DNA from: an uncultured delta proteobacterium
GTDB lineage: Bacteria > Myxococcota_A > Polyangia > Polyangiales > Polyangiaceae
DNA length: 64,000 nucleotides
Direction: 5' to 3'
Assembly (NCBI GenBank): GCA_963835565.1
Contig: CAWIGY010000075.1
Location: 88-64,087 of the forward strand
The notes under the pieces were generated by a model, which did not search any database, was not told the origin of the DNA, and saw only the letters and a program-made list of their open reading frames with translations. Made by a program: the position numbers and the translations under genes. Of the stretch, positions 28,819 to 37,051 are shown piece by piece. Position 1 is the stretch's first letter; the number at the start of each line of letters is the position of its first letter.

Positions 28819-30831
28819 ATGGCTTTCCCCGAGCCTCGGCTCCACGTTGCAGCGATTAATATCGTGACCGGCACCAATTCCGATCTCGACCCATTAGTGG
28901 GCACGCTATTGGCCGAACGCTACCGGCTATTCTCGTTGCTAGGCGAAGGCGGCATGGGGCGCGTGTACGCAGCAGAGCACGCTCTGATGCGCAAACGCGT
29001 GGCCGTCAAGATCCTGCACCGGGAGCTGACCCAAGTTTCAGAAGTGGTAGCTCGGTTTGAACGCGAAGCGATGGCGGCAGCCAATATCGATCATCCTAAC
29101 ATTGCCGCGGCGACCGACTTCGGGAAATTGCCCGATGGCAGCGTGTTTTTAGTCCTCGAGTACGTACAGGGCAAGAGCCTTCGCGAACTCATCGAGCAAG
29201 GGCCCCTCCCGGTGGAGCGTGCGCTCGGCATTGTACGGCAGATTACCTCGGCCTTGGTCAATGCGCACGCGCTTGGCATTGTGCATCGCGATCTGAAACC
29301 TGAGAACGTAATGCTCGTCGAGAAAAGTGGCGATCCCGATTTTGTCAAAGTGCTCGACTTCGGAATCGCCAAGGTTCCCGTTCAGGAAGTCTCCGAACGG
29401 GGTTCGATTCGACCCGCAAAGGTTATCACTCGCGTTGGCATGATATTTGGTACTCCAGAATACATGGCGCCCGAGCAAGCCCTGGGACAAAACGTTGATG
29501 CGCGCGCTGACCTATATGCGCTGGGAGTCATTCTGTTTGAAATGCTATCCGCGCGGCGTCCGTTTAGCGCAGATAGTCCGGTGGGCCTTTTGGGACAACA
29601 ACTTCAGGGTTCGCTGCCAACCTTTGCCAAGCGTGCTCCGCAAGTGAACGTGCCCTTTGCCCTGGAACAAATGGTATTGAGATTACTTGCGCCTGCGCCA
29701 GGGTCGCGCTTTCAAAGTGCCGTCAACCTTGCGGCGGCTATTGATGACATTCAGGCCCAGTTCGCGCTGGTAGCCAATCAATCGGCTAGACGCGCGCCAC
29801 TAGCATCCGGGCAACTCGGTCGCGCTTCGAGCCCGCTGCTAGGTGCAGTGCCAGATTCGTCTGTCGGGCGCATGCTTGCCGAGTCAAACAAGTTTGCGGC
29901 AGGCGCCGTCATGGACGACGCTTTAATCGCGTCAACACTTCCCGCGCCTGGCAACGACCAAAAGACCACTAAACTATCCCACGACACTCGCCGCGATATT
30001 GCGCCCATTGCGGTAAGAGCTGCTCGCATCAATCAACGTCGCATTTTCATTTGGGGAATTACCGGCACGCTCTTGTCATTTGTCGTCGTGACAGCGTGGC
30101 TCGCACTACGACCAGCGAAGCCACATCCAACGCCGAGCCTAGCCGCGCCTCCCGCAGCCCCACAATCTGGGGTGGCTGCCGCGGCCGCTGCGACCACTCT
30201 GGCCGCCCCAGAGGCGCAATTCTCGCAGGCGCGCGACGCGGGTCCCTCCGCACTCTCAGCATTGGCTAATCGCTACCCCAAAGATACCCGAGTCTGGGTG
30301 GAATTGGCGCGCGCCGAGCTCGGGGCAGGCAACGCCGCAGCCAGTGTGGATGCAGCCAAGAGCGCCTACTTAGCCGACAACGCTGCCAGCAAAGACGCTA
30401 AGCTTGCGACTATCTTGTGGAAAACGGCACAGAAGCGCGAGTCATCCGAACCAACCTTCCGACTGCTCGAAGGAGGCTTCGGTGAGCGTGGCGTTGACAT
30501 TCTGTATGACCTTGCAACCACTCGCGGGGTTCGGCGTGACATTCAAAATGCTGCATCGAGCGCACTGTACACGATGGCGGCGCAGAACGTCGCTTCACCC
30601 CCGCTCAAGGTTTTATTGGCTCTCGAACATGCCAAGACTTGCGAAGAGAAACTGGCTCAGTTACCGAGCGCGGAGCGAGACGCAGACGAAAGAGCGATGC
30701 CCCTCTTGTTAGCCATGCGTTCAGCGGCAGGCTGCGGAAGAAAGAAACGTAACGATTGCTATCCATGCCTGCGCCACGGCCTGCAGCTCGAGAACGCAAT
30801 TGCAGCCGTGAAGAAACGGGAGAGCTTGTAA
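28819..30831 (+). CDS. Hanks-type Ser/Thr protein kinase with TM segment and C-terminal helical-repeat domain
   Basis: Motifs GEGGMGRVY, VAVK, HRDLKPENV, DFG and GTPEYMAPE. TM segment is IFIWGITGTLLSFVVVTAWLAL. A TTG at 28792 is an alternative start. Confidence 0.9.
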   Translation: MAFPEPRLHVAAINIVTGTNSDLDPLVGTLLAERYRLFSLLGEGGMGRVYAAEHALMRKRVAVKILHRELTQVSEVVARFEREAMAAANIDHPNIAAATDFGKLPDGSVFLVLEYVQGKSLRELIEQGPLPVERALGIVRQITSALVNAHALGIVHRDLKPENVMLVEKSGDPDFVKVLDFGIAKVPVQEVSERGSIRPAKVITRVGMIFGTPEYMAPEQALGQNVDARADLYALGVILFEMLSARRPFSADSPVGLLGQQLQGSLPTFAKRAPQVNVPFALEQMVLRLLAPAPGSRFQSAVNLAAAIDDIQAQFALVANQSARRAPLASGQLGRASSPLLGAVPDSSVGRMLAESNKFAAGAVMDDALIASTLPAPGNDQKTTKLSHDTRRDIAPIAVRAARINQRRIFIWGITGTLLSFVVVTAWLALRPAKPHPTPSLAAPPAAPQSGVAAAAAATTLAAPEAQFSQARDAGPSALSALANRYPKDTRVWVELARAELGAGNAAASVDAAKSAYLADNAASKDAKLATILWKTAQKRESSEPTFRLLEGGFGERGVDILYDLATTRGVRRDIQNAASSALYTMAAQNVASPPLKVLLALEHAKTCEEKLAQLPSAERDADERAMPLLLAMRSAAGCGRKKRNDCYPCLRHGLQLENAIAAVKKRESL

Positions 30832-30902
30832 GTCGAATTTACCTGTTGGCGAGCGTTATTCCCTAGCCTCGAGTACCGAACGCTCGGCCCCGGTTCTGAC
30901 TC

Positions 30903-31652
30903 TTACCCTCCTGCAACGCAGTTTCTAGTTACCAATGTGCCCGTAGCTGGGCAGGTGCAGACGTAGCTAATCGTAACGCCAGCTCCTTCATTCCAAACGT
31001 AAGCGCAAGGGTCTGAGCCCGCAGTGCAAATTGACGCAGTCGGCGCTGATGTGGACGGGCTATCTGCGCATGCCGCGGGCGTAGTACTCGAAGAACCGCC
31101 AGTGCTTGTATCACCACCTGTTGCCGGCGCTCCACCTGTTGCCGGTGCTCCACCTGTTGCCGGTGCTCCACCTGTTGCCGGTGCCCCGCCAGTGGAAGAC
31201 GCTCCACCACTTCCGGTGCCCGTACCGGTGCCGGTGCCCGTTCCACTTCCAGTTCTGGAGCCCGTACCGGAGCCGGTGCCCGTTGTAGTTCTGGAGCCCG
31301 TACCGGAACCGGTGCCTGTTGTAGTTCTGGAGCCCGTACCGGAGCCGGTGCCCGTGCCGGTGGCGGTTGTAGTTCTGGAGCCCGTACCGGAGCCGGTGCC
31401 CGTGCCCGTTGTAGTTGTAGTTGTAGTTCTAGTGCCCGTTCCGGAGTTTGTGACCGTTGTAGTTCCGGAGACCGTGACCGTGCTAGTGGACCTAGTTCCG
31501 CCGGTTCCAGAGCCTGTTGTAATTCCGACAGTTCCCCCAGTGCTCGCGCCGAGACCGGAATCTTGCGAAGAACCGCAGCCAATCAGTAAACCCACTCCCA
31601 AACTGGAGACGGCTAGCCTGTTGATTAGCCGACGGTGATATGACCTAATCAT
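30903..31652 (-). CDS. Thr/Gly/Ser-rich repetitive lipoprotein with Cys-containing C-terminal domain
   Basis: Lipobox LLIGCGSS. Repeats GTGSGTGSRTTT and GGAPAT (x4). The C-terminus has 6 Cys. Confidence 0.7.
   Translation of the reverse strand: MIRSYHRRLINRLAVSSLGVGLLIGCGSSQDSGLGASTGGTVGITTGSGTGGTRSTSTVTVSGTTTVTNSGTGTRTTTTTTTGTGTGSGTGSRTTTATGTGTGSGTGSRTTTGTGSGTGSRTTTGTGSGTGSRTGSGTGTGTGTGTGSGGASSTGGAPATGGAPATGGAPATGGAPATGGDTSTGGSSSTTPAACADSPSTSAPTASICTAGSDPCAYVWNEGAGVTISYVCTCPATGTLVTRNCVAGG
31114..31185 (-). repeat. 4 x 18-bp perfect or near-perfect in-frame tandem repeat (encodes GGAPAT)
   Basis: Units CCACCTGTTGCCGG(C/T)GC(T/C) at 31114, 31132, 31150 and 31168. Confidence 0.9.
31252..31426 (-). 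repeat. 36/48-bp in-frame tandem repeats (encode GTGSGTGSRTTT)
   Basis: Units start with GTTCTGGAGCCCGTACCGGA at 31252, 31288, 31324 and 31372. Confidence 0.9.
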
Positions 31653-32160
31653 GTTGCCTCCTAAGAAACCACAGCCAACGATGCCTACCGAATGTCCACA
31701 GTGTTGGCTGGACGCTGGATCGGGTCAACGAGACCACGTTAAGGAGCGGTCCGGCATCAATTTAGGCGGGCCACCACTAGCCTAATCGCTCAAGACCCAA
31801 CGGAAATGGGCATCCGATGGGTCCTGATCGGCTGAGCCTGGAATTACTGTGCGGCCGTGAATACTTGGTCCTCCCGGGACCCCAGGCCTATCAGGACGAA
31901 CCTATACTCATTTGATTCATTTAGAGCTGGTGTTGCACCGGCAAATGCCAATGGCGGGAGACAAGGCAAGAACTGTCACCATTGTACCGGTGGGGAAAAT
32001 GTTGGTTAGGTCAAATGACCGAGCCGATGCCCGCGGCCATCGTTGGAGCAATGCTTTCTCTGGTGGTGACGCGGGCTGCGCTCAATGCGGCATCGCTCAT
32101 GGGTTGCGTATGCGAGCCATCGGGGTGAGCATTTTGCGGCCATCCGCGAGGACTGCGTTT

Positions 32161-33792
32161 ATGGACGAGCCATCACGTTCTTCTGATCCGGGTTACACGC
32201 CCGCGCGCAGTGAATTGGAGGCTGCAATTCACGCGCTGCTCGACGCTACGGATGACGAAGCCGCCAAGATCGAACGGGCTTTGGCGCGCGCTGGCGTTCC
32301 CGCCGCAGAGCGGGCTCAGCAAAGGTTGAGCGAGGCCGAGCCGGCAGCCCGCGTGCGCCTGCTGCGACTGATCGCTAGAGTGGCTCGGCTGAGCGGTGAG
32401 CAAACTCTGGTTGAAGAGTTGTGCGCGCGGCTTTCTGACAGCGATCCGAGCGTGCAACGCGCGTCCATCATTGGCCTGGGAAAACTCAAACACTCCGGTA
32501 TTGAAGACGCTTTATTGAATTACGCGGCCCGTGGCCACGCGTTGCCCGAGCAGCGCGTCCTCATCGAGGCCCTGGGAAAAGTCGGTGGGCAGCGCGCCGC
32601 GGTTTGGCTAAAATCACAATCGAGCGACGATGAGTTCACCACGCGCGTCATCGAGCGGGCCCGGCTCATGCTCACGCGCACCGCGAGTCAACCAGCGGCC
32701 GCGGTCCCGGTTCGCCTAGAGTTTGCGCTCAGCCATCCGCAGACCTTGCTATGGACCTGTCGCGACGGGCTTGAGTCGATCGTAGCTGAGCAAGTTCGCT
32801 CTCTCGGTGCGGTAGAGGTGGCTCGCGGATGCGTTTGCCTGCCAAACTTTAGCGGTGCCTTGGGTGACGCGCTCGTGGCACGATCGGCGCTGAGTGTGGG
32901 GATTCGGCTCCAGCTAGACACGGAGCGTTCAAGCATCGAAGCGGTGCTCAGCACCCTCAAGCGCGCCGAATTATTCGAATGGATGACGCTGTGCAGCGGG
33001 GGCGTTTCACGCGTGCGGCTGGAATTCATCGGGCAGGGGCACCAACGCGCCGCTGTGTGGGATCTTCAAACGCGCCTCGTCAGTGAACAGCTGCCCCTAA
33101 TTGCCGACCCGACTGCAGCCTCTTGGGATGTATGCGTGAATAGCTCACAAGGTTGGCTCGACATATTACCCAAGCAATTCGACGACCCGCGTTTTGCTTG
33201 GCGTGTGCAACAATTGCCGTCGGCATCTCATCCGACGATTGCGGCAGCCCTTGCCCACGTAGCCGGGGCGCAGCCTGACGATGTCGTTTGGGATCCCTTT
33301 GTGGGCAGTGGGCTTGAACTCATTGAGCGTGCCTTGCTTGGCCCTTATCGTGCCATGTACGGCACCGACACGGATGAGCATGCGCTCACGGCTGCTCGGG
33401 CGAATTTGGCGGCAGCCAAGATCAAGCATGTGACCCTTTACAACCGCGACGCCACTGCTGCACCGGTCCGCGATATCACTCTAGTTATCAGCAACCCGCC
33501 GCTAGGCGCCCGCTTGGTTCGCGATGGATCGCTCGGGGAATTGCTGGAGGCAACCTTGACGCACGGTTGGCGCGTGCTTCGCCCAGGCGGACGCTGGGTC
33601 TGGCTTTCTCCCATGCCGGCGCGCACGGCTTCAATCGCGCATCACTTGGGGTTCACTGTGAAATGCTGCGGGCTGGTCGATGTTGGCGGTCTGTCACCCG
33701 AGCTTCAGATCTATCGGGTGCCTGAGCGTGCTGCATCGCGGGCGCCACAATCGCCGCAAAAACCGGGACGCAAGCGGCGCATCGTAGGGTGA
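32161..33792 (+). CDS. HEAT-repeat / THUMP-like / SAM-dependent (RlmL-UPF0020-type) methyltransferase fusion
   Basis: HEAT-like DSDPSVQRASIIGLGKL. Methyltransferase motifs VWDPFVGSGLELIE and LVISNPPLG. The start is placed at the first plausible ATG, although the ORF is open from 31912. Confidence 0.65.
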   Translation: MDEPSRSSDPGYTPARSELEAAIHALLDATDDEAAKIERALARAGVPAAERAQQRLSEAEPAARVRLLRLIARVARLSGEQTLVEELCARLSDSDPSVQRASIIGLGKLKHSGIEDALLNYAARGHALPEQRVLIEALGKVGGQRAAVWLKSQSSDDEFTTRVIERARLMLTRTASQPAAAVPVRLEFALSHPQTLLWTCRDGLESIVAEQVRSLGAVEVARGCVCLPNFSGALGDALVARSALSVGIRLQLDTERSSIEAVLSTLKRAELFEWMTLCSGGVSRVRLEFIGQGHQRAAVWDLQTRLVSEQLPLIADPTAASWDVCVNSSQGWLDILPKQFDDPRFAWRVQQLPSASHPTIAAALAHVAGAQPDDVVWDPFVGSGLELIERALLGPYRAMYGTDTDEHALTAARANLAAAKIKHVTLYNRDATAAPVRDITLVISNPPLGARLVRDGSLGELLEATLTHGWRVLRPGGRWVWLSPMPARTASIAHHLGFTVKCCGLVDVGGLSPELQIYRVPERAASRAPQSPQKPGRKRRIVG

Positions 33793-33821
33793 CGTGAGGC
33801 GTGGCCACGTGCCGTGATGCC
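33789..33821 (+). repeat. 33-bp direct repeat, left copy
   Basis: GTGACGTGAGGCGTGGCCACGTGCCGTGATGCC. Matches 34805-34837 at 29 of 33 positions. Overlaps the methyltransferase stop codon. Confidence 0.85.
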
Positions 33822-33876
33822 AAGACTTGCCACGCCCGTTTGCGGACCCAATCTTCGGCGGATACCGCGATATCGA

Positions 33877-34413
33877 TCAAGCCTTTTTGGAAGGCAGTCT
33901 AATCGTTCTGCCCGCAACCATGAAAGCGCCCTTACCGAGATGGTGAAGAGTGTGCCAGTTCTTCCCGACCGAATCTATCCAAGCCTTGAGTACTTCCAGC
34001 ACGAAGAAGTTGTATTTATTCACCATTCTGGTGTCGACCACCTTGCATTCGAGATGGGCAAAACACTCCGCGATGAGCGGTGGCGTAACCAGGGATGCTG
34101 GCATTGGCGTCAAATTGAATTTCTTGAACTTGTCAAGCTGGTTCCCCGAGCAGTTACCTACACCCACCACCTGCTTCGCCAGATCCATCGCCGGGATATT
34201 GAGCACGCATTCTTGGGTCGCTCTCAGCGCGGCGAAGCTGTGATTGTTCCCGCTGATGACACAACCCACCAGCGGTGGCTCGAAGTCCATCATCGTGTGC
34301 CATGACAGGGTCATGATGTTCGCTATCCCCTTATGAGCAGTCGTTACCAGCACCACCGGTCCCGGCTCCAGCAGTCGGTAAACACGGGACAATGGTAAAT
34401 TTATTTTCGTCAT
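33877..34413 (-). CDS. flavin reductase-like (FMN-binding split-barrel) protein
   Basis: LLEPGPVVLVTTAHKGIANIMTLSWHTMMDFEPPLVGCVIS is typical of the flavin-reductase domain family. Confidence 0.8.
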   Translation of the reverse strand: MTKINLPLSRVYRLLEPGPVVLVTTAHKGIANIMTLSWHTMMDFEPPLVGCVISGNNHSFAALRATQECVLNIPAMDLAKQVVGVGNCSGNQLDKFKKFNLTPMPASLVTPPLIAECFAHLECKVVDTRMVNKYNFFVLEVLKAWIDSVGKNWHTLHHLGKGAFMVAGRTIRLPSKKA

Positions 34414-34421
34414 CGCTGCCC

Positions 34422-34442
34422 ATCCTTTGAAGGCGAAAGGAT
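34422..34442 (-). promoter_or_regulatory. hairpin overlapping the Shine-Dalgarno sequence of the flavin-reductase gene
   Basis: 7-bp stem ATCCTTT/AAAGGAT with a 7-nt loop. The 3' arm on the mRNA carries AAGGA, 11 nt upstream of the ATG at 34413. Confidence 0.35.
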
Positions 34443-34552
34443 CGAAGTTCGAAATTCCTGCGCGAATGTACCCGAATCAGAAATCCGCGCTAGCTCCCTA
34501 ACTTTCGCGTAAATTCGCCGTCGCACGATGGTCATCGTTATCGTTGACATGA

Positions 34553-34756
34553 CTAACGGGACTCCTCCCAGCCGGTTGCACCCAAGCTACTAATCCAACC
34601 TGAAAAGTCAACAAGCCGTGATTTAGATTTTCACTCCTAACCCGCAGGTTCGTCCCGATGTTTTGATTGTGTTGGTTGTCTGGGCCTCGGCCCAGACAAC
34701 TGCCTTGCCGAAAACTTGACTCAAACGCCAAAACTCTTTCGCCTTAAGGTCGCTAA
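34553..34756 (+). repeat. ~200-bp intergenic repeat element, copy 1 (full length)
   Basis: Starts CTAACGGGACTCCTCCCAGCCGG. Hairpin GTTGTCTGGGCC..GGCCCAGACAAC at 34675-34700. Ends ...CCTTAAGGTCGCTAA. About 85% identical to copy 4. Confidence 0.9.
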
Positions 34757-34804
34757 GCGCTGCTATTTTACAAGGTTGACGATGATTCTTGTCGGTTGTG
34801 TAGC

Positions 34805-34837
34805 GTGACGTGAAACGTAGCCACGTGCCGCGATGCC
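34805..34837 (+). repeat. 33-bp direct repeat, right copy
   Basis: GTGACGTGAAACGTAGCCACGTGCCGCGATGCC. Lies 12 nt beyond the stop of the DsbA-like gene. Confidence 0.85.
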
Positions 34838-34848
34838 CTAGGTTCTGG

Positions 34849-35533
34849 TTACTGGCAGCCTTGGTCCTCGCGGGATGAGTAATAGCTGCCTGCATCGGCT
34901 CCGCTGGTGACGGCCGCCTGCTGGGCAGCGTCGATCATTTTCAGGAAATCATCGAGTGATTGCGCGCCGACGAGGGCGACGCCATTGAAGAAGAAGGTTG
35001 GAGTGGCGTCCACCCGCGCATTTTGGGCAAGACTAACATCTGCCGCAATTCGCTCCTCGGGAGGGTCCGTGCTCAAGCATGCCTGCCAGGTGACCGTATC
35101 TAGGCCGATTTGTTGGGCGTAGTTGGCCAGGTCCGCATCACTTTGCGCGTCTTGGTTGGCATATAATAAATCGTGCATTTCCCAGGAAATGATTCTGGTC
35201 GTACGCACACTCGGCTGCAATTGCATCCGGCATGGCTCTGGGGTGAATGCTCGTAAGCGGCAAGTTCTTCCAGACCCAACGAACAATCCCGGGACGTTCG
35301 GCATCCACTTGCTTTACAGTTACTTCAGCTTCTCCGCAGTAAGGGCATTCAAAATCACCGAATTCAACCCCGGTAACCCAAGCGTCCGCCGGACCTCTGG
35401 TGGGTGAGTCACCTACGGGCACGACACAGTTTTGTGAAGTCGGCTGCACAATGCTGGAGCAGGCCGGCAGTGCCGCCAACGACAATAGTGAAAGATTCAC
35501 TTGAAAGCGCCTAATGCGCAGTAGCAAAGCCAT
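34849..35533 (-). pseudogene. DsbA-family thiol:disulfide oxidoreductase, one frameshift
   Basis: The CPYC active site (FGDFECPYCGEAE) is in ORF 35138-35533. The C-terminal half (WEMHDLLYANQ...TPTFFFNG) is in ORF 34849-35304. The switch is at about 35185-35200. Confidence 0.8.
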
Positions 35534-35585
35534 CGGGGCTCTTTAGCAAAGAGCGCCTGACTGAGCTAGCGGTTCATTGCCCAGG

Positions 35586-37002
35586 TTACTTGCCGTCATC
35601 CACTACGAATTCAACGCGACGATTCTTCGCGCGTGCGTCGATGGTCGTCCCGGCGATTAGCGGCTTATCCGGCCCGTAGCCAACCGCGCGTACCCGTTGT
35701 GGGGCCACTCCGTGCTGGACCAAGTAGTTTCGAACCGAAGTAGCGCGATCCTGGGAAAGACGAAGATTCAGATCACGGGGGCCGGTGTCATCAGTGTGAC
35801 CCTCGACCCTGATCTTTACATCAGGGTTAGCCTTGATCATCAAGGTGACTTGATCGAGCAGCGAGTGAGATTCCGGCTTTATATCGGCGCGCCCCGTCTC
35901 GAAATTGATGACATCGAGCACAGTAAACCTGCCGTTTTCATAAATTACGCGAGGATCGCCGGAATCAGGACAACCGTCGTCATCGTCGATGCCGTTGATG
36001 GTTTCCTTGGCATTCGGACAGAGATCCTTACTGTCCGGGACCCCGTCATGATCGGAGTCAGGTTCCTCTTCTGGGCACCCATCCCAGTCTGTATCGTTGT
36101 CTCGATCTTCCGCTATGTCAGGACAGGCGTCCTCAGCATCGGAGATTCCGTCGTGGTCCCTGTCATGCGACGTGGGCGCGAAGCGAACGCCGGCGAAAAA
36201 CCGCACCACCGGGACTCCGTAGCCTGATTCAAGGCCGGCTCCGGGCCCACCGAACAGCTCCCACTCATCGGACAAGGCCTGCCTCAAAATAACCGAATAT
36301 TTCCAAGGGTAGCTGCACGCGGTTCGTTCTTACTAGACCCACGCCACCGTTCAAATCGAGACCTATTTCGGTTCTCCCGTAGTTGCCCCCAAAGCGGTAG
36401 CCGATGCCTGCACCATATACAAACTCGCTGCCCGTATTAACGTTGAAGTAGTTGGTACTCTCGCGAATGGCCACGCCCAAATTGATACCGAGCCGTATTC
36501 CGTTCGCGAAGCGGTGGTCGAGTACGGCCTTGGGCACGAATTCGAACCCGGGATTGCCCGAATAATCTCCGGCGTTCGTAGGAAGCCGTAATTCGCCCAG
36601 CAGTGCGAGGCCTACGCCGCGGCGGTCGTCGAGCAACCGCACCTTCGGAACAATTCTTAGTTTGCCTAGGCCTGCCGAGGACGGATTGTAATATCCGGAT
36701 TGGAACAAGAAGAAAGGCAGGTCTACGCCTACTGCCACCGGTCTGAATAGCGTGACTGATCCCTGCAAATCCATGCCCAGGCGGCCGCTCACCACACTTC
36801 TGACGTAGTTGCCATTGGCATCCGTAATTACCAGTGGTCGATATCCGTAGTTGACCAAAAACCCGAATTCGAACGGATCGGCTGTTGGACGCACATCAGA
36901 ACCTTCGGATGTGACCCAACCATCATGAGTCACAGCTGGTTTGAACCGCTCCGCATCCACCTGCGAGAACGCAGGTTGAGCAGCCGTCATTGTGGCAATC
37001 AC
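35586..37002 (-). pseudogene. outer-membrane protein: N-terminal barrel, thrombospondin type-3 repeats and OmpA C-terminal domain, one frameshift
   Basis: TSP3 repeats DxDxDGxxDxxDxC (x4). OmpA-like RVEGHTDDTGPRDLNLRLSQDRA. The N-terminal barrel is in ORF 36265-37002. The switch is at about 36270-36285. Confidence 0.8.
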
Positions 37003-37051
37003 ACCAAGGCCCGCAAACTGTGCAGGACTCTTAAATAATTCCGAAATTCCA

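Noticed and set aside
31114-31426. Regularly spaced short repeats that could be mistaken for a CRISPR array
   Set aside because: The units are contiguous with no spacers. They are in frame and lie inside a coding gene. No cas genes are present.
30929-31638. Long ORFs on both strands (217 aa, 204 aa and 60 aa) overlapping the Thr/Gly/Ser-rich lipoprotein gene
   Set aside because: They are alternative-frame or antisense readings of a low-complexity GC-rich repeat (PVPV- and RAPE-type strings). They have no signal peptide, Shine-Dalgarno sequence or motifs. The lipobox-bearing frame is the credible one.
34620-34660. GGTTCG(T)TCC string in the repeat core resembling a tRNA T-arm
   Set aside because: No complementary T-stem, acceptor stem or anticodon arm could be drawn in any copy. 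It is not a tRNA or tmRNA.
34498-34731. Small ORFs running through the repeat copies (34498-34731, 44112-44423, 51804-52013) that share HNQN(V/I)GTNLRV
   Set aside because: Starts and stops are inconsistent between copies. There is no Shine-Dalgarno sequence. The frame is broken in copy 3, and the ORF at copy 2 begins inside another gene. Conservation is explained at the nucleotide level. As a caveat, 2 of the 3 substitutions in that stretch are synonymous, so a micro-peptide is not fully excluded.
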